Source of the DNA: Acidobacteriaceae bacterium
GTDB taxonomy: Bacteria; Acidobacteriota; Terriglobia; Terriglobales; Acidobacteriaceae
Length of the DNA stretch: 64,000 nt
Direction of reading: 5' to 3'
Assembly: GCA_036272895.1 (NCBI GenBank)
Contig: DATAXW010000001.1
Coordinates: 1,409 to 65,408 of the forward strand
In this document: in pieces, positions 1-9,870 of the stretch
Layout of the letters: each line of letters starts with the position of its first letter
How positions within the stretch are numbered: the first letter of the stretch is position 1
Notes under the pieces: model-generated
Told to the model about the DNA's origin: nothing
Seen by the model: the letters and a program-made list of their open reading frames with translations, nothing else
The model's database searches: none
Made by a program: the position numbers and the translations under genes

Positions 1-626
1 CCCACGCAGAACTCGCGGTCGATGATCACCGCCGGCCCATCCAGCTCGCGCGACATGCACACCGGCACCCTCTCCGGCTCCCGCTCCCTGTCCACCCACT
101 CATACGGGATCCGGTTCACCGAAAGAAACGATCGAATGTCGCGGCAGTCCGTGTCATACTGCGAGCCCACCACCAGCACCCGCGACACCGGGATCTCCAT
201 CATCTTGTCCTGGATGTAGTTCAGCCGGTCGGTCATGGTCTTCAGAATCAATCCGCTGCACTCCGGCGAGCTGTCGATCATCTCCTTGAACTGCAGCTTG
301 TCCAGCCGCAGCAGCCGCGACGGCTCTTTCGCACGGCAGGAGACAAACGCGGTCGATCCCAGAATCAGCGGAACCTCTCCGAAGAACTCCCCCCGGCTGT
401 AGAGCTTCACCACCTGGTCCCGCCCGCTGATGTCCTTCAACACCTCCACCGCCCCCTCGATCATCACAAAAAACGAAGGCTGCTCTCCCTCACGAATCAA
501 CCACTCGCCCTTGTGCAGCCGCACATCCGCTGCCCTCTGCGCAATGCGCTGCAGCTCCGCCTCCGGCAGACACGACATCAAAGGAAACTCTTTTAGCTCA
601 TCAACGTGGAACAAGGTTCCCTCCAT
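1..626 (-). CDS. cNMP-binding-domain protein, probably the N-terminal part of a cNMP/thioredoxin-reductase-like FAD oxidoreductase (runs off the left edge)
   Basis: Not in the ORF track. Manual translation from ATG 626: MEGTLFHVDELKEFPLMSCLPEAELQRIA...WLIREGEQPSFFVMIEGAVEV...GEFFGEVPLILG (cNMP fold motifs), then RVLVVGSQYDTDCRDIRSFLSVNRIPYEWVD, a linker seen ahead of TrxR domains. Open to position 1. Confidence 0.75.
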   Translation of the reverse strand, partial: MEGTLFHVDELKEFPLMSCLPEAELQRIAQRAADVRLHKGEWLIREGEQPSFFVMIEGAVEVLKDISGRDQVVKLYSRGEFFGEVPLILGSTAFVSCRAKEPSRLLRLDKLQFKEMIDSSPECSGLILKTMTDRLNYIQDKMMEIPVSRVLVVGSQYDTDCRDIRSFLSVNRIPYEWVDREREPERVPVCMSRELDGPAVIIDREFCV

Positions 627-749
627 CCCTCGCAATCTGTGCAGCAGATCGCGCTCTCAACCCATGGCCCGATAGACTCTCCCTTCAGAATACTCCCGCT
701 TGAAGCCCTCAAGACTCACGTTGCACTTCGACTCCATCCATCAACCGCG

Positions 750-2702
750 CTACCGGAAGAGATGCAGAAAAACCTGATTCGTAATCAGCGCGCCCACGTA
801 CGCCACGCAGCTCATGTACGCAAACTGGATCGCCGGCCACTTCCATCCATTCGTCTCGCGACGCACCACCGCAATCGTCGATGTGCACTGCATCGCGAAC
901 GCGAAGAACACCACCAGCGCAATCGCTCCGCCCATCGTCATGTCGTGATGCAGCGCCGCCTGCAAACTCGCCGAGTGCGTCGCCGGATCGACGCCGTACA
1001 GCGTCCCCAGCGTTCCCACGATCACCTCGCGCGCCACAATCGAGCTCAGCAGTCCAATCCCAATCTTCCAGTCAAACCCCAGCGGATGAATCGCCGGCTC
1101 AATCAGATGTCCCAGCCGCCCAATCACACTCGTCGTCAGCGCAGAGAAGTTGCCACCATGCGCCGGCAGCACACTCAACACCCACACCACAAACGTGCAC
1201 GCCAGGATGATCGTCCCTGCCTTCTTCACAAACAGCATCCCGCGGTCATACAGCCGCAGCGCGAGCGACCGCGGCGTCGGCCACCGGTACTGCGGCAGCT
1301 CCAGCACAAACGGTGCCGGCGACGCCTTCATCACCCGCGAGTTCATCAGCCTTGCCGTCACCATCGCCGCCAGAAAGCCCAGCACATACAGCCCCAGCAT
1401 CACCGACGCGCGCAGCCCGATCAGGTGCCCGAGAATGCTCTTGTTCGGAATAAACGCCGCAATCACCAGCGTATAAATCGGCAGCCGCGCCGAGCAGGTC
1501 ATAAACGGCGCCACCATAATCGTCGCCAGCCGCTCGCGCTTGTTCTCAATCGTCCGCGTCGCCATAATCGCCGGCACCGCGCACGCATACGCCGAGAGCA
1601 GCGGAATAAACGCCTTCCCATTCAGCCCGATCGCGCGCATCACGCGGTCCGCAATCAGCGCCGCCCGCGCCAGGTATCCCGAGTCCTCCAGTATCCCGAT
1701 AAACAAAAACAGCAGCAAAATCTGCGGCAGGAACACCAGCACCGACTGCACGCCGTTCCACAATCCATCGCGCAGCAGCGCGCGCAGCCAGTTGTTCGGC
1801 AGCAGGCTCGCCACCGCTCCGCCCGCACGCGTCAACACATCGCCGAGCCCATCGCTCAGCGGCTGCCCCACGCTGAACACCACCTGAAACACCGCAATCA
1901 CCACCACCACAAAGATGATCGGCCCCCACACCCGATCCAGCAGCACCGCATCCAGCCTTCGCGTCCACAGCGGAGATGCCGGCGCCTCAAACCGGCTGCG
2001 CGAGCTCACCTGCGTCGCCCACCTCCTGCACGAAGCCGGGCTCTGCAGAATCGGCATCTGCGCCGATCCCGGCCGCGTCATCTCAAACTGCCCAAACTGA
2101 TCCAGAAAGCTCCGGATCAGCTCCATCCCCGTCCCGCGCGACGCGCTGATCAGCGCCACCGGATGTCCCAGCTCATGCGCCAGCGCCAGCGCATCAATCT
2201 TCCCGCCGCGATCCTCCAGCAGGTCCGCCATATTCAGCAGCACCAGCGTCGGCAAACCCAAACTCAAAATCGGAGCCGCCAGCATCAACTGCCGGTTCAT
2301 GTGCATGCAATCCAGCACCAGCAGCACCGCATCCGGCGCCGGCACGCCCGGCATATTGCCCTTCAGCACATCCACCGCAACCCGCGCGTCCTCCGAGTAC
2401 GTCGCCAGGCTATAGATCCCCGGCAGATCGATCAGCGTCAGGTCCGCCCGCCCAAAGCTCTTCATGCTTCCCGAGTGGTGCTCCACCGTCACGCCCGGGT
2501 AGTTGGCCACCTTCTGCCGCATCCCCGTCAGCCGGTTAAACAGCGTCGACTTCCCACAGTTCGGCGGCCCAATCAGCGCAATCGTCCGAATCCGTCCCTT
2601 ACGTGTCCCGCCCGGCCCGGCCGGCCCACCCGGCGCGCCCGCGACAGACTCTACCGGCGGCTCCAGCACCGCGGTAGACGACGGTCCGCAGCAGTCACTC
2701 AT
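750..2702 (-). CDS. feoB: Ferrous iron transporter B
   Basis: GTPase motifs GPPNCGKS, NYPGVTVE, DLPG and NMAD, followed by a multi-TM domain with PFMTCSARLP; 4-bp overlap with feoA. Confidence 0.97.
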   Translation of the reverse strand: MSDCCGPSSTAVLEPPVESVAGAPGGPAGPGGTRKGRIRTIALIGPPNCGKSTLFNRLTGMRQKVANYPGVTVEHHSGSMKSFGRADLTLIDLPGIYSLATYSEDARVAVDVLKGNMPGVPAPDAVLLVLDCMHMNRQLMLAAPILSLGLPTLVLLNMADLLEDRGGKIDALALAHELGHPVALISASRGTGMELIRSFLDQFGQFEMTRPGSAQMPILQSPASCRRWATQVSSRSRFEAPASPLWTRRLDAVLLDRVWGPIIFVVVVIAVFQVVFSVGQPLSDGLGDVLTRAGGAVASLLPNNWLRALLRDGLWNGVQSVLVFLPQILLLFLFIGILEDSGYLARAALIADRVMRAIGLNGKAFIPLLSAYACAVPAIMATRTIENKRERLATIMVAPFMTCSARLPIYTLVIAAFIPNKSILGHLIGLRASVMLGLYVLGFLAAMVTARLMNSRVMKASPAPFVLELPQYRWPTPRSLALRLYDRGMLFVKKAGTIILACTFVVWVLSVLPAHGGNFSALTTSVIGRLGHLIEPAIHPLGFDWKIGIGLLSSIVAREVIVGTLGTLYGVDPATHSASLQAALHHDMTMGGAIALVVFFAFAMQCTSTIAVVRRETNGWKWPAIQFAYMSCVAYVGALITNQVFLHLFR

Positions 2703-2947
2703 CGCCCGCTCTCAGCCTGTGCCCCGGCCAGCTCGACCGTAATGTGCCGCGCCGTCTCGCTGCGCAGCGCCACCTCTACGCCGTCAATCCGGTACACCGT
2801 CGGGTCCCCCGCCGGCGCCCGCCGCAACACCTCGACGCTCGCGCCCGGCAGAAACCCCAGGTGGGCCAGATGATCGCTCACCCGCTCCGGCAGCTCCACA
2901 GCCTCGAGCGTTCCGGACTGCCCCACTCGTAGATCGCTCAGTGCCAT
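2699..2947 (-). CDS. feoA: Ferrous iron transport protein A
   Basis: LAHLGFLPGASVEVLRRAPAGDP...VALR FeoA signature; directly upstream of feoB. Confidence 0.95.
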   Translation of the reverse strand: MALSDLRVGQSGTLEAVELPERVSDHLAHLGFLPGASVEVLRRAPAGDPTVYRIDGVEVALRSETARHITVELAGAQAESGR

Positions 2948-3039
2948 CTGTCTGCCTCACCTGCCGGATATACGACCAACCCTGTCGCCATTCGAGTATA
3001 TACCCCCGCGAGAGGTTGTTCCTCGCCCCCAATCGCCCT

Positions 3040-3165
3040 TGTCATCCTGAGCGTAGTGGGGCGCGCCGGGTGCTGGGTGCCCCACAGGGGCTTCAGCCCC
3101 CGGATTAGCAGCGGGCTTTAGCCCGCTGAATCTGAGCTCCCAAAAACAGGGGCTTTAGCCCCGGC
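3040..3165. repeat. Cluster of REP-like palindromes
   Basis: TGTCATCCTGAGCG at 3040; GGGGCTTCAGCCCC 3087-3100; CAGCGGGCTTTAGCCCGCTG 3109-3128; GGGGCTTTAGCCCC 3149-3162. The reverse complement matches units at 28829-28890. Confidence 0.8.
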
Positions 3166-3213
3166 TGGATTTAGTATGATGTCTGAACTTAACCCGCCGC
3201 AGGAGAACTCCCC

Positions 3214-5745
3214 TTGTCTGAGCTCACCCGAAGACATTTCCTCGCAGCAACCGCCGTCACCGCCGCCTCGCGTCTTCTCTCGCCCTCGCTCGCCCGCGCC
3301 CTCAGCACCCTCGCTCCCACAGACGCGCCGCTCCAGCCGCAGCGCCTCACCGACGGATGGGAGTTCTTCCGCGGCCCACTCGGCAGCCCATGGGAGGTCT
3401 GGCACAGCCAGGAGCTCGCCGTCTTCACTCCCGTCGCCATGCCCCACTGCTTCAACGCCTACGACGCCTGCGACCCCGACGTTTCCTACTACCGCGGTCA
3501 GGGTTGGTACCGCACCTGGATTCAACCCAGCAATCCCTTCCCCTCCGGCCGCACCCTGCTCCACTTCTGGGGCGCGGGCCAGGTCACCACCGTCTTCCTC
3601 GGCGAAACAAAAATCGGCGAACACAAAGGCGGCTACGACGAGTTCGTCTTCGACATAACAGACGCCATTACAGACGCCCTCGCCGCAACCAAGCCCGACA
3701 AACGCGGCACGCCCCTCGCCGTCCTCTGCGACAACTCCCGCCGCATGGACACCATGCCCTCCGACCTCTCGGACTTCTCGCTCTACGGCGGCCTCTACCG
3801 CCACGTCGAGCTCGTCTACGTCCCCGCCGTCGCCCTTGAAGCCGTACACATCACCGCGCAGGACACCAACACCTCGCAGCCCAAAGCCATCGTCTCCGCT
3901 CGCCTCTACGCTCCCGCCCACGCCAATGCATCCTGCACCGCCGCAATCTCCATCACCGATCCCAACAACAAAATCATCCACCAATCGCAGCACACTCTGA
4001 ACGTCTCGCAACAAGAAACCGAACTCAACACCGTCGATCTCCCCAACCCACTGCTCTGGTCGCCCGCGCACCCGCATCTCTACACCTGCACCGTCACGCT
4101 CTCGAGCGACGCCGGAACCTCCTCCACCACCGAACGCTTCGGCCTCCGCCACACCGAGTTCGTCGAGCACGGCCCCTTCAAGCTTAACGGCGAGCGCCTT
4201 CTCCTGCGCGGCACGCATCGCCACGAAGACCACGCCGGCTGCGCCGCCGCCGTTCCCGACGACGTCGTCCGCAAGGAGATGCAGCTCATCAAAGCGATGG
4301 GCGCCAACTTCATCCGCCTCGCGCACTACCAGCAGTCGCGCCTCGTTCTTGAGCTCTGCGATGAGCTCGGCCTCTGCGTCTGGGAAGAAGTTCCCTGGTG
4401 CCGCGGCGGCATTGGCGACGCCGCCTGGCAGCAGATGGGCCGCGACAAACTCACCGCCATGATCGACCAGCATCGCAACCACCCCAGCATCATCCTCTGG
4501 GGCCTCGGCAACGAAGACGACTGGCCCACCGAATACCCCTCCGTCAATCAAACCGCCATCCGCGCCTACATGACCGAGCTGCGCGACCTCGCCCACTCCC
4601 TCGACCCCACCCGCCTCACCAGCTTCCGCCGCTGCGACTTCGCGCGCGACATCCCCGACGTCTACTCGCCCTCCATCTGGGCCGGCTGGTACCGCGGCCT
4701 CTACACCGAGTACGAGTCCGAGCTCAAAAAACAATCCGCCCGCGTCCCGCGCTTCATCCACATCGAGTGGGGCGCCGACAGCCACGCCCGCCGCCACAGC
4801 GAAACCCCCGACAAAGTCGAATCCGAGATCGCCACCGGTACCGGCGCCGACGAGCGCGGCCTCGACTACCTTCCCACCGGCGGCATCCCCCGCGTCTCCG
4901 TCGATGGCGACTGGAGCGAAACCTACGCCTGCAACCTCTTCGACTGGCACCTCAAAGTGCAGGAAGCGCAGCCCTGGCTCACCGGCGCCGCGCAATGGAT
5001 CTTCAAAGACTTCACCACACCGCTCCGCGTAGAAAATCCCCTCCCGCGCATTAATCAAAAAGGCGTAGCGCAGCGCGACCTCACATTAAAGGAGTCCTAC
5101 TTCGTCTTCCAGTCCTTCTGGGCCGATGGTCCGGAGCATGCCCCCATGCTCCACATCTACGGCCACACCTGGCCCATCCGCTGGGGCAAGCCCGGCGAGC
5201 AAAAACTCCTCAAGGTCTACTCCAACTGCGATCAGGTCGAGCTCTTCCTCAACAACAAATCGCTCGGCTCAAAACGCCGCAACTCGCAGGACTTTCCCGC
5301 CGCCGGCCTGCGCTGGACCACCCCACTCCCCGCCGGCGATGTTCACCTCCGCGCCGTCGGCCACCGCAGCGGCCCAAAAGGAAGCAAAACCGTCACCGAC
5401 GAGATCAGCTTCCGCTACGAGACCCGTCCCTGGGGCAAACCCGCCCGCCTCCAGCTCACCGAGCTCTCCCGCAAAGACAATCTCATCACCCTCGAAGCCC
5501 TGCTCGTCGATGAAGCCGGCCTTCCCTGCCTCGACGCCCGCAACGTCGTCCGCTTCTCCATCGCCGGCGACGCCCATCTCCTCGACAACCTCGGCACCGT
5601 CGGCGGCTCCCGCGTCGTCCAGCTCGCCAACGGCCGCGCCTGGATCACCCTCCGCCTCCACAGCAACGCGACCGCCGGCGTCACCACCCAGGGCCTTCCG
5701 TCCGCCCTCCTCAACCTCGCTCCGACGGCCAAAATCCGCACCTGA
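3214..5745 (+). CDS. Tat-exported glycoside hydrolase family 2 (beta-galactosidase/beta-glucuronidase-like)
   Basis: Tat motif TRRHFL; GH2 motifs LRGTHRHED, MGANFIRLAHY, NHPSIILWGLGNE; TTG start after AGGAG. Confidence 0.92.
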   Translation: MSELTRRHFLAATAVTAASRLLSPSLARALSTLAPTDAPLQPQRLTDGWEFFRGPLGSPWEVWHSQELAVFTPVAMPHCFNAYDACDPDVSYYRGQGWYRTWIQPSNPFPSGRTLLHFWGAGQVTTVFLGETKIGEHKGGYDEFVFDITDAITDALAATKPDKRGTPLAVLCDNSRRMDTMPSDLSDFSLYGGLYRHVELVYVPAVALEAVHITAQDTNTSQPKAIVSARLYAPAHANASCTAAISITDPNNKIIHQSQHTLNVSQQETELNTVDLPNPLLWSPAHPHLYTCTVTLSSDAGTSSTTERFGLRHTEFVEHGPFKLNGERLLLRGTHRHEDHAGCAAAVPDDVVRKEMQLIKAMGANFIRLAHYQQSRLVLELCDELGLCVWEEVPWCRGGIGDAAWQQMGRDKLTAMIDQHRNHPSIILWGLGNEDDWPTEYPSVNQTAIRAYMTELRDLAHSLDPTRLTSFRRCDFARDIPDVYSPSIWAGWYRGLYTEYESELKKQSARVPRFIHIEWGADSHARRHSETPDKVESEIATGTGADERGLDYLPTGGIPRVSVDGDWSETYACNLFDWHLKVQEAQPWLTGAAQWIFKDFTTPLRVENPLPRINQKGVAQRDLTLKESYFVFQSFWADGPEHAPMLHIYGHTWPIRWGKPGEQKLLKVYSNCDQVELFLNNKSLGSKRRNSQDFPAAGLRWTTPLPAGDVHLRAVGHRSGPKGSKTVTDEISFRYETRPWGKPARLQLTELSRKDNLITLEALLVDEAGLPCLDARNVVRFSIAGDAHLLDNLGTVGGSRVVQLANGRAWITLRLHSNATAGVTTQGLPSALLNLAPTAKIRT

Positions 5746-5748
5746 GTC

Positions 5749-5936
5749 TTGACACGCCCGCTATAATAAAGACAGAGCAACACCTCAGCCCGGCCACCGC
5801 CGGGTTTTCGTCTTTAACTCACAGCTCAGAGCTCAGAGCTGACAACTGAAAGCACGAACCGGAGATAACCCACCCGAAGTCCGGACCTAACTCCAATCGT
5901 CCGAAGACTTTGCGCAAAATAGGCGGGGGAGGGGGT
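5749..5936 (+). repeat. Dispersed intergenic element, copy A (TTGACA-N7-TATAAT, hairpin, CTAA-N12-GAAGACTTTGCG core, G tail)
   Basis: Same ordered motifs as 25095-25238 (+) and 40293-40501 (-). The spacer contains five heptamers, TCACAGC/TCAGAGC/TCAGAGC/TGACAAC/TGAAAGC (5819-5853). Confidence 0.88.
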
Positions 5937-5943
5937 ACCCCGC

Positions 5944-8007
5944 TCATCGCGAAGTCTGCAACACCGCCACTCCATACTGCGGCAGGCTGACACTCGAAAC
6001 CGCCCCGCCGTTCAGCACATCCTCCATCGAGCTCGGCAGCTTCACCGTCTCCGCCTCCGCGTTATAGTTCGTCAAAATCAGCACGCGCTTTCCATCGCCC
6101 ACGCGCAGCGCCACATCCACGCCCTCGGGAATCTCCTGCAACACCGGCGCAACCCCGCTCTCCGAGAGCATCCAGCTCGCCGCGCGGTCCATCGTCGCCG
6201 CATCGAGCCATGCGCCGACATACGTAATGCTTCCGCTGCCGACCTTCCGCGTCACCACCGCCGGCTGATCGTCCAGCCATCCATTGCTCTTGCCGTAGCG
6301 CATCAGCACATCCGTCCCCGGCTCAAGCGACCCCATCTGCTCCGCCCAGATCGTGTCCTTGCCCGCACCCCACACGCCGCTCACCGGAACCGTCGTATCC
6401 AGCGCATAGAACTGCTCCACCTTCGCGCCCAGCAGGCTCACCAGCGGCCCCGGCTGCCGCTCGGTCCACAGGCTGTTGTCCTCATCCTTCATCCCCGCGC
6501 GCGGCCCCAGCACCAGGTGCCCCCCACCCCGCACATACGCCTCCAAATTCTTCGCCGCCTCCGGCGTCAGCACATTCAGCGACGGCGCCACCACCAACTT
6601 ATATCGGCTCAGCGGCGCAGTGTCCGCCACAATGTCCACCGACCGCGCCAGCTGATGCAGCGGCCGATAGAAGCTCAGCAGCGACTCCACCGGATCGTAT
6701 GCCTTGTTATGCCGCTGCCAGTCGATCGCCCACCGGCTCGGATAGTTGTTCAGGATCGCCACCTCCGACTGCACCGTCGTTCCCTCCAGCGTCGCCGCCG
6801 CTTTGTCGAAGTCCTCGCCAATCTGCTTCACCTCGCTGTACAGCGGAACCGGCTCCCCATCCGGCCCCACCAGCGTCCCGTGGTACTGCTCCTGCCCATT
6901 CAGCGCGCTGCGCCACTGCCAGTACTCCACCGCCTCCGATCCATGGCCGATCGCATTCCACGCCATCGCCCGCACCTCGCCCTTGTTCAGCGCATTATTG
7001 TCCGGCGACCAGTTCACAAACCCCGGCTGCGTCTCCATCACCCAGAAGTTCTTGCGCAGGAATCCGCGTGTCAAATCGTGCGTCGCTCCGTTCTTCACCG
7101 GATCGAGCTGCCCCGTGCCCACATAGTCGTCCCACGCCGCCAGATCCAGATCCTGCGCCACGGTGTACTGGTCATATGCGTCGAACCACCCCATCATGTT
7201 TGTCGTGATGAACTGCCGCGGATCGGCATGCGCGCGAATCACCTCAAGCTGGTTCTTCTGATAGCTCCGCCACGTATCCGAGACGAACTCCTTCCAGTTC
7301 AGTAGCAGCCCCGGATTTCCATACCGTTCCTCAATCGGAATCTGGCTCCAGTCCTGGTACGTCTCGCTCCAATACGCCGTCGTCCATCGCCGGTTCAGGT
7401 TGTCGAGCGTCTTGTACTTCGCCCGCAGCCAGTCCTGAAACTGCCTCTGCGTGCTCGGCCCATAGCTCTCGGCCGCAAACTCGTTGCCAATCTGCCAGCC
7501 AATCACATTGGGATCATGCCCAAACCGCTCCGCCAGCTTCTCCGCCATCAGCCGCGTCAGCTCGCGATACTTCGGATCGCTCCAGTCGAACTGCTGCCGG
7601 TTCCCATGCTCATCCCTGCGCCCATCCTCCTTAATACGCAGCGTCTCCGGATACTTCTGTGTCAGCCACGCCGGAGGCGCAGCCGATGGCGTCCCCATCA
7701 CCACCGCAATATGGTGCCGCTCTGCCGCCCGCACCGCGCGATACAGCCAGTCGAGCTCGAAGTCGCCCTCCTTCGGCTCCAGCGTGCTCCACGCAAACTC
7801 TCCCACGCGCACAAAGTGAACGTGCGCCGCCTCCATCAGCGATAGGTCCGCATCCCACCGCGACTCCGGCCACTGCTCCGGATACCACGCCGCCCCCAGC
7901 AGCAGCGCCGGCTTCCTCGGCGCCTGCGGCAGCGGAGCCTGCGCCTGAACCACCACCAGGGAACTCGAAAGAAGCAACACACCTGCGCACACGGAGCGAA
8001 ACGTCAT
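5944..8007 (-). CDS. Beta-galactosidase, glycoside hydrolase family 42, with a predicted signal peptide
   Basis: GAAWYPEQWP, VRVGEFAWS, WQIGNE, FWVMETQPG and EQYHG motifs; start placed at ATG 8007 (MTFRSVCAGVLLLSSSLVVVQA). Confidence 0.93.
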   Translation of the reverse strand: MTFRSVCAGVLLLSSSLVVVQAQAPLPQAPRKPALLLGAAWYPEQWPESRWDADLSLMEAAHVHFVRVGEFAWSTLEPKEGDFELDWLYRAVRAAERHHIAVVMGTPSAAPPAWLTQKYPETLRIKEDGRRDEHGNRQQFDWSDPKYRELTRLMAEKLAERFGHDPNVIGWQIGNEFAAESYGPSTQRQFQDWLRAKYKTLDNLNRRWTTAYWSETYQDWSQIPIEERYGNPGLLLNWKEFVSDTWRSYQKNQLEVIRAHADPRQFITTNMMGWFDAYDQYTVAQDLDLAAWDDYVGTGQLDPVKNGATHDLTRGFLRKNFWVMETQPGFVNWSPDNNALNKGEVRAMAWNAIGHGSEAVEYWQWRSALNGQEQYHGTLVGPDGEPVPLYSEVKQIGEDFDKAAATLEGTTVQSEVAILNNYPSRWAIDWQRHNKAYDPVESLLSFYRPLHQLARSVDIVADTAPLSRYKLVVAPSLNVLTPEAAKNLEAYVRGGGHLVLGPRAGMKDEDNSLWTERQPGPLVSLLGAKVEQFYALDTTVPVSGVWGAGKDTIWAEQMGSLEPGTDVLMRYGKSNGWLDDQPAVVTRKVGSGSITYVGAWLDAATMDRAASWMLSESGVAPVLQEIPEGVDVALRVGDGKRVLILTNYNAEAETVKLPSSMEDVLNGGAVSSVSLPQYGVAVLQTSR

Positions 8008-8105
8008 AGAAACCCTCGGACTCAACTTCCTGCTTAGCGAAATACCTGCAACCGTCGCACGCGCCACTATCTCATCCCCACGCACTGTCACAAACCGCCA
8101 CCAGC

Positions 8106-9746
8106 TTACAGTGTCCGGTTATCCACCTTCTCCAGCGCCATATCCGCCGCCGCCCTGCTGATCGCCACGCGGAAGTCCGTCACATCGTGCAGCGAAAACG
8201 CTGGTTGTCCCTTCGGCGCCGTCACTGCAATAAAGTCCGCCCGCTCCACGTCCGTCAGATAGAACGTTGGCCTGGGATCCGGCGTCACCGGCTGCACCTC
8301 TGTATGGCTTACCTCCAGCCGCTCCACATGCCGGAAGAAGAACCCCTGCGCCGGCATCGGCCCAAACATCGTCGGCTCCGGATACTTCGTCTCATCCTCC
8401 GGCGGATTAATATTCACGCTCTCCGCCGGCGCTCCGCCCACATGCTGCACAAAGATATCGGAAAACCGCACATCCTCAATCCTGTAGCCCGGAATCCCGC
8501 TCACAATCGAGCTGATCTTCGACGCCGTGTTGTAACTCACCACATTGTTGACCAGCACGCGCCGCAGGGTGCCGACCTTCGTCCCCGCAGGTCCGCGCAG
8601 CCGCGCTCCCAGCCGCAAAAACAGCGGACACGTCTTGATGTCCCGCATCGTAATATTCGAAATCGCAATGTCCTCCAGCAACGCTCCATCCACCGTCTCC
8701 AGCGCCAGCCCCTGGCATCCCTCAAACACACAGTTCGAAATCGCGATATTGCGAAAACCGCCATTCGACTCCGTCCCACACTTGATTCTTCCCGTATAAA
8801 ACGGATGAATGTCAGGATCGGTCACCTCGCCAAACTTTTTAAAGCTTCCGTCGAGAATCGTCCCCAGCTCATACGTCCCGGTCACATAACAGCTGCTGAT
8901 CGTCATGTTGTCCGTCGACCGCGCATATCCCAGCGCATAACTCGACTTCGGGACGATCCCGTCATCCCACGGCGAATTCACCACACAGTTCGTCACCCGC
9001 ACATTGCGGCAGCAATCAATGTCCATCCCGTCGCGGTCCGTATCGATCGTCAGATTGTCGATCGTTAGATTGTCCACGCCCGTCAGCAGCAACCCAAAGT
9101 GCCCCCCCTTCAAAATCGCAAAATCGCGCAGCACTACATTGCGGCAGTTCTTCAAGGCGATCGACTTGTTCCCCACCCCCGCCTGCTCCGCCACAAACCG
9201 ATAGCCCAACGTCACATGGCCGCGCCCATTCGAAAGCCCGCGCCCCCAGATCAACCCTGGCCCCACAATCGACACATTCTCCAGCCCCTCGCCCCAGATC
9301 AGCGAGTTATGCCAGTGATTGTGCCCATAGTCCTGATACGCATCCCACGCCGTCTTCGGCTCCGCGGCATCGTACGTTCCGCCGTTGTAGCCCGTCGTCT
9401 CTCCCGGCAGCGGAGAGTCCGCCGCAACAATCGTCGCTCCCGCCTCCAGCCGAAGCTGCACATGACTCTTCAACCGGATCGAAAATGACAGATAGTTTCC
9501 TGCCGGAAAGACCACCACACCGCCGCCCACCGCGGCAGCAGCCTCAATCGCACGGTTGATTGCCGGGCTGTCGACCATCTTCCCGTCACCCGTCGCTCCA
9601 TACATCCGCACATCGAACACAAGACTGTGCCCACCTGAGTTCTCGCGCGTTTGCGCGCCCAGCTCACCCGGAGCAAAGGCAGCCGCTGACGCAAGAGCAA
9701 TCCCCGACAACTTCAGCGCGGAGCGACGAGTAGGATCGAAATGCAT
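8106..9746 (-). CDS. Tat-exported GH28 polygalacturonase-like protein
   Basis: Tat motif TRRSAL; FDVRMYGATGDG; TDRDGMDID, WDD and RIKCGTES GH28-like motifs. Confidence 0.88.
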   Translation of the reverse strand: MHFDPTRRSALKLSGIALASAAAFAPGELGAQTRENSGGHSLVFDVRMYGATGDGKMVDSPAINRAIEAAAAVGGGVVVFPAGNYLSFSIRLKSHVQLRLEAGATIVAADSPLPGETTGYNGGTYDAAEPKTAWDAYQDYGHNHWHNSLIWGEGLENVSIVGPGLIWGRGLSNGRGHVTLGYRFVAEQAGVGNKSIALKNCRNVVLRDFAILKGGHFGLLLTGVDNLTIDNLTIDTDRDGMDIDCCRNVRVTNCVVNSPWDDGIVPKSSYALGYARSTDNMTISSCYVTGTYELGTILDGSFKKFGEVTDPDIHPFYTGRIKCGTESNGGFRNIAISNCVFEGCQGLALETVDGALLEDIAISNITMRDIKTCPLFLRLGARLRGPAGTKVGTLRRVLVNNVVSYNTASKISSIVSGIPGYRIEDVRFSDIFVQHVGGAPAESVNINPPEDETKYPEPTMFGPMPAQGFFFRHVERLEVSHTEVQPVTPDPRPTFYLTDVERADFIAVTAPKGQPAFSLHDVTDFRVAISRAAADMALEKVDNRTL

Positions 9747-9870
9747 TCTGGAAACCCTTTCTGTTATGAACTCAAGCGGAATCCAGCTTACATCCTCACG
9801 AATTCACGTGCATCTCCGCTCTTTCGGCTCGCAGTACGCGCGACGGGGACTTCCGCCCCCTCGCCATCGT

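Noticed and set aside
5749-5767. Canonical sigma-70 promoter (TTGACA...TATAAT)
   Set aside because: The spacer is 7 nt, not 16-18, and there is no -10 box at the normal distance in any of the three copies; kept only as part of the repeated element.
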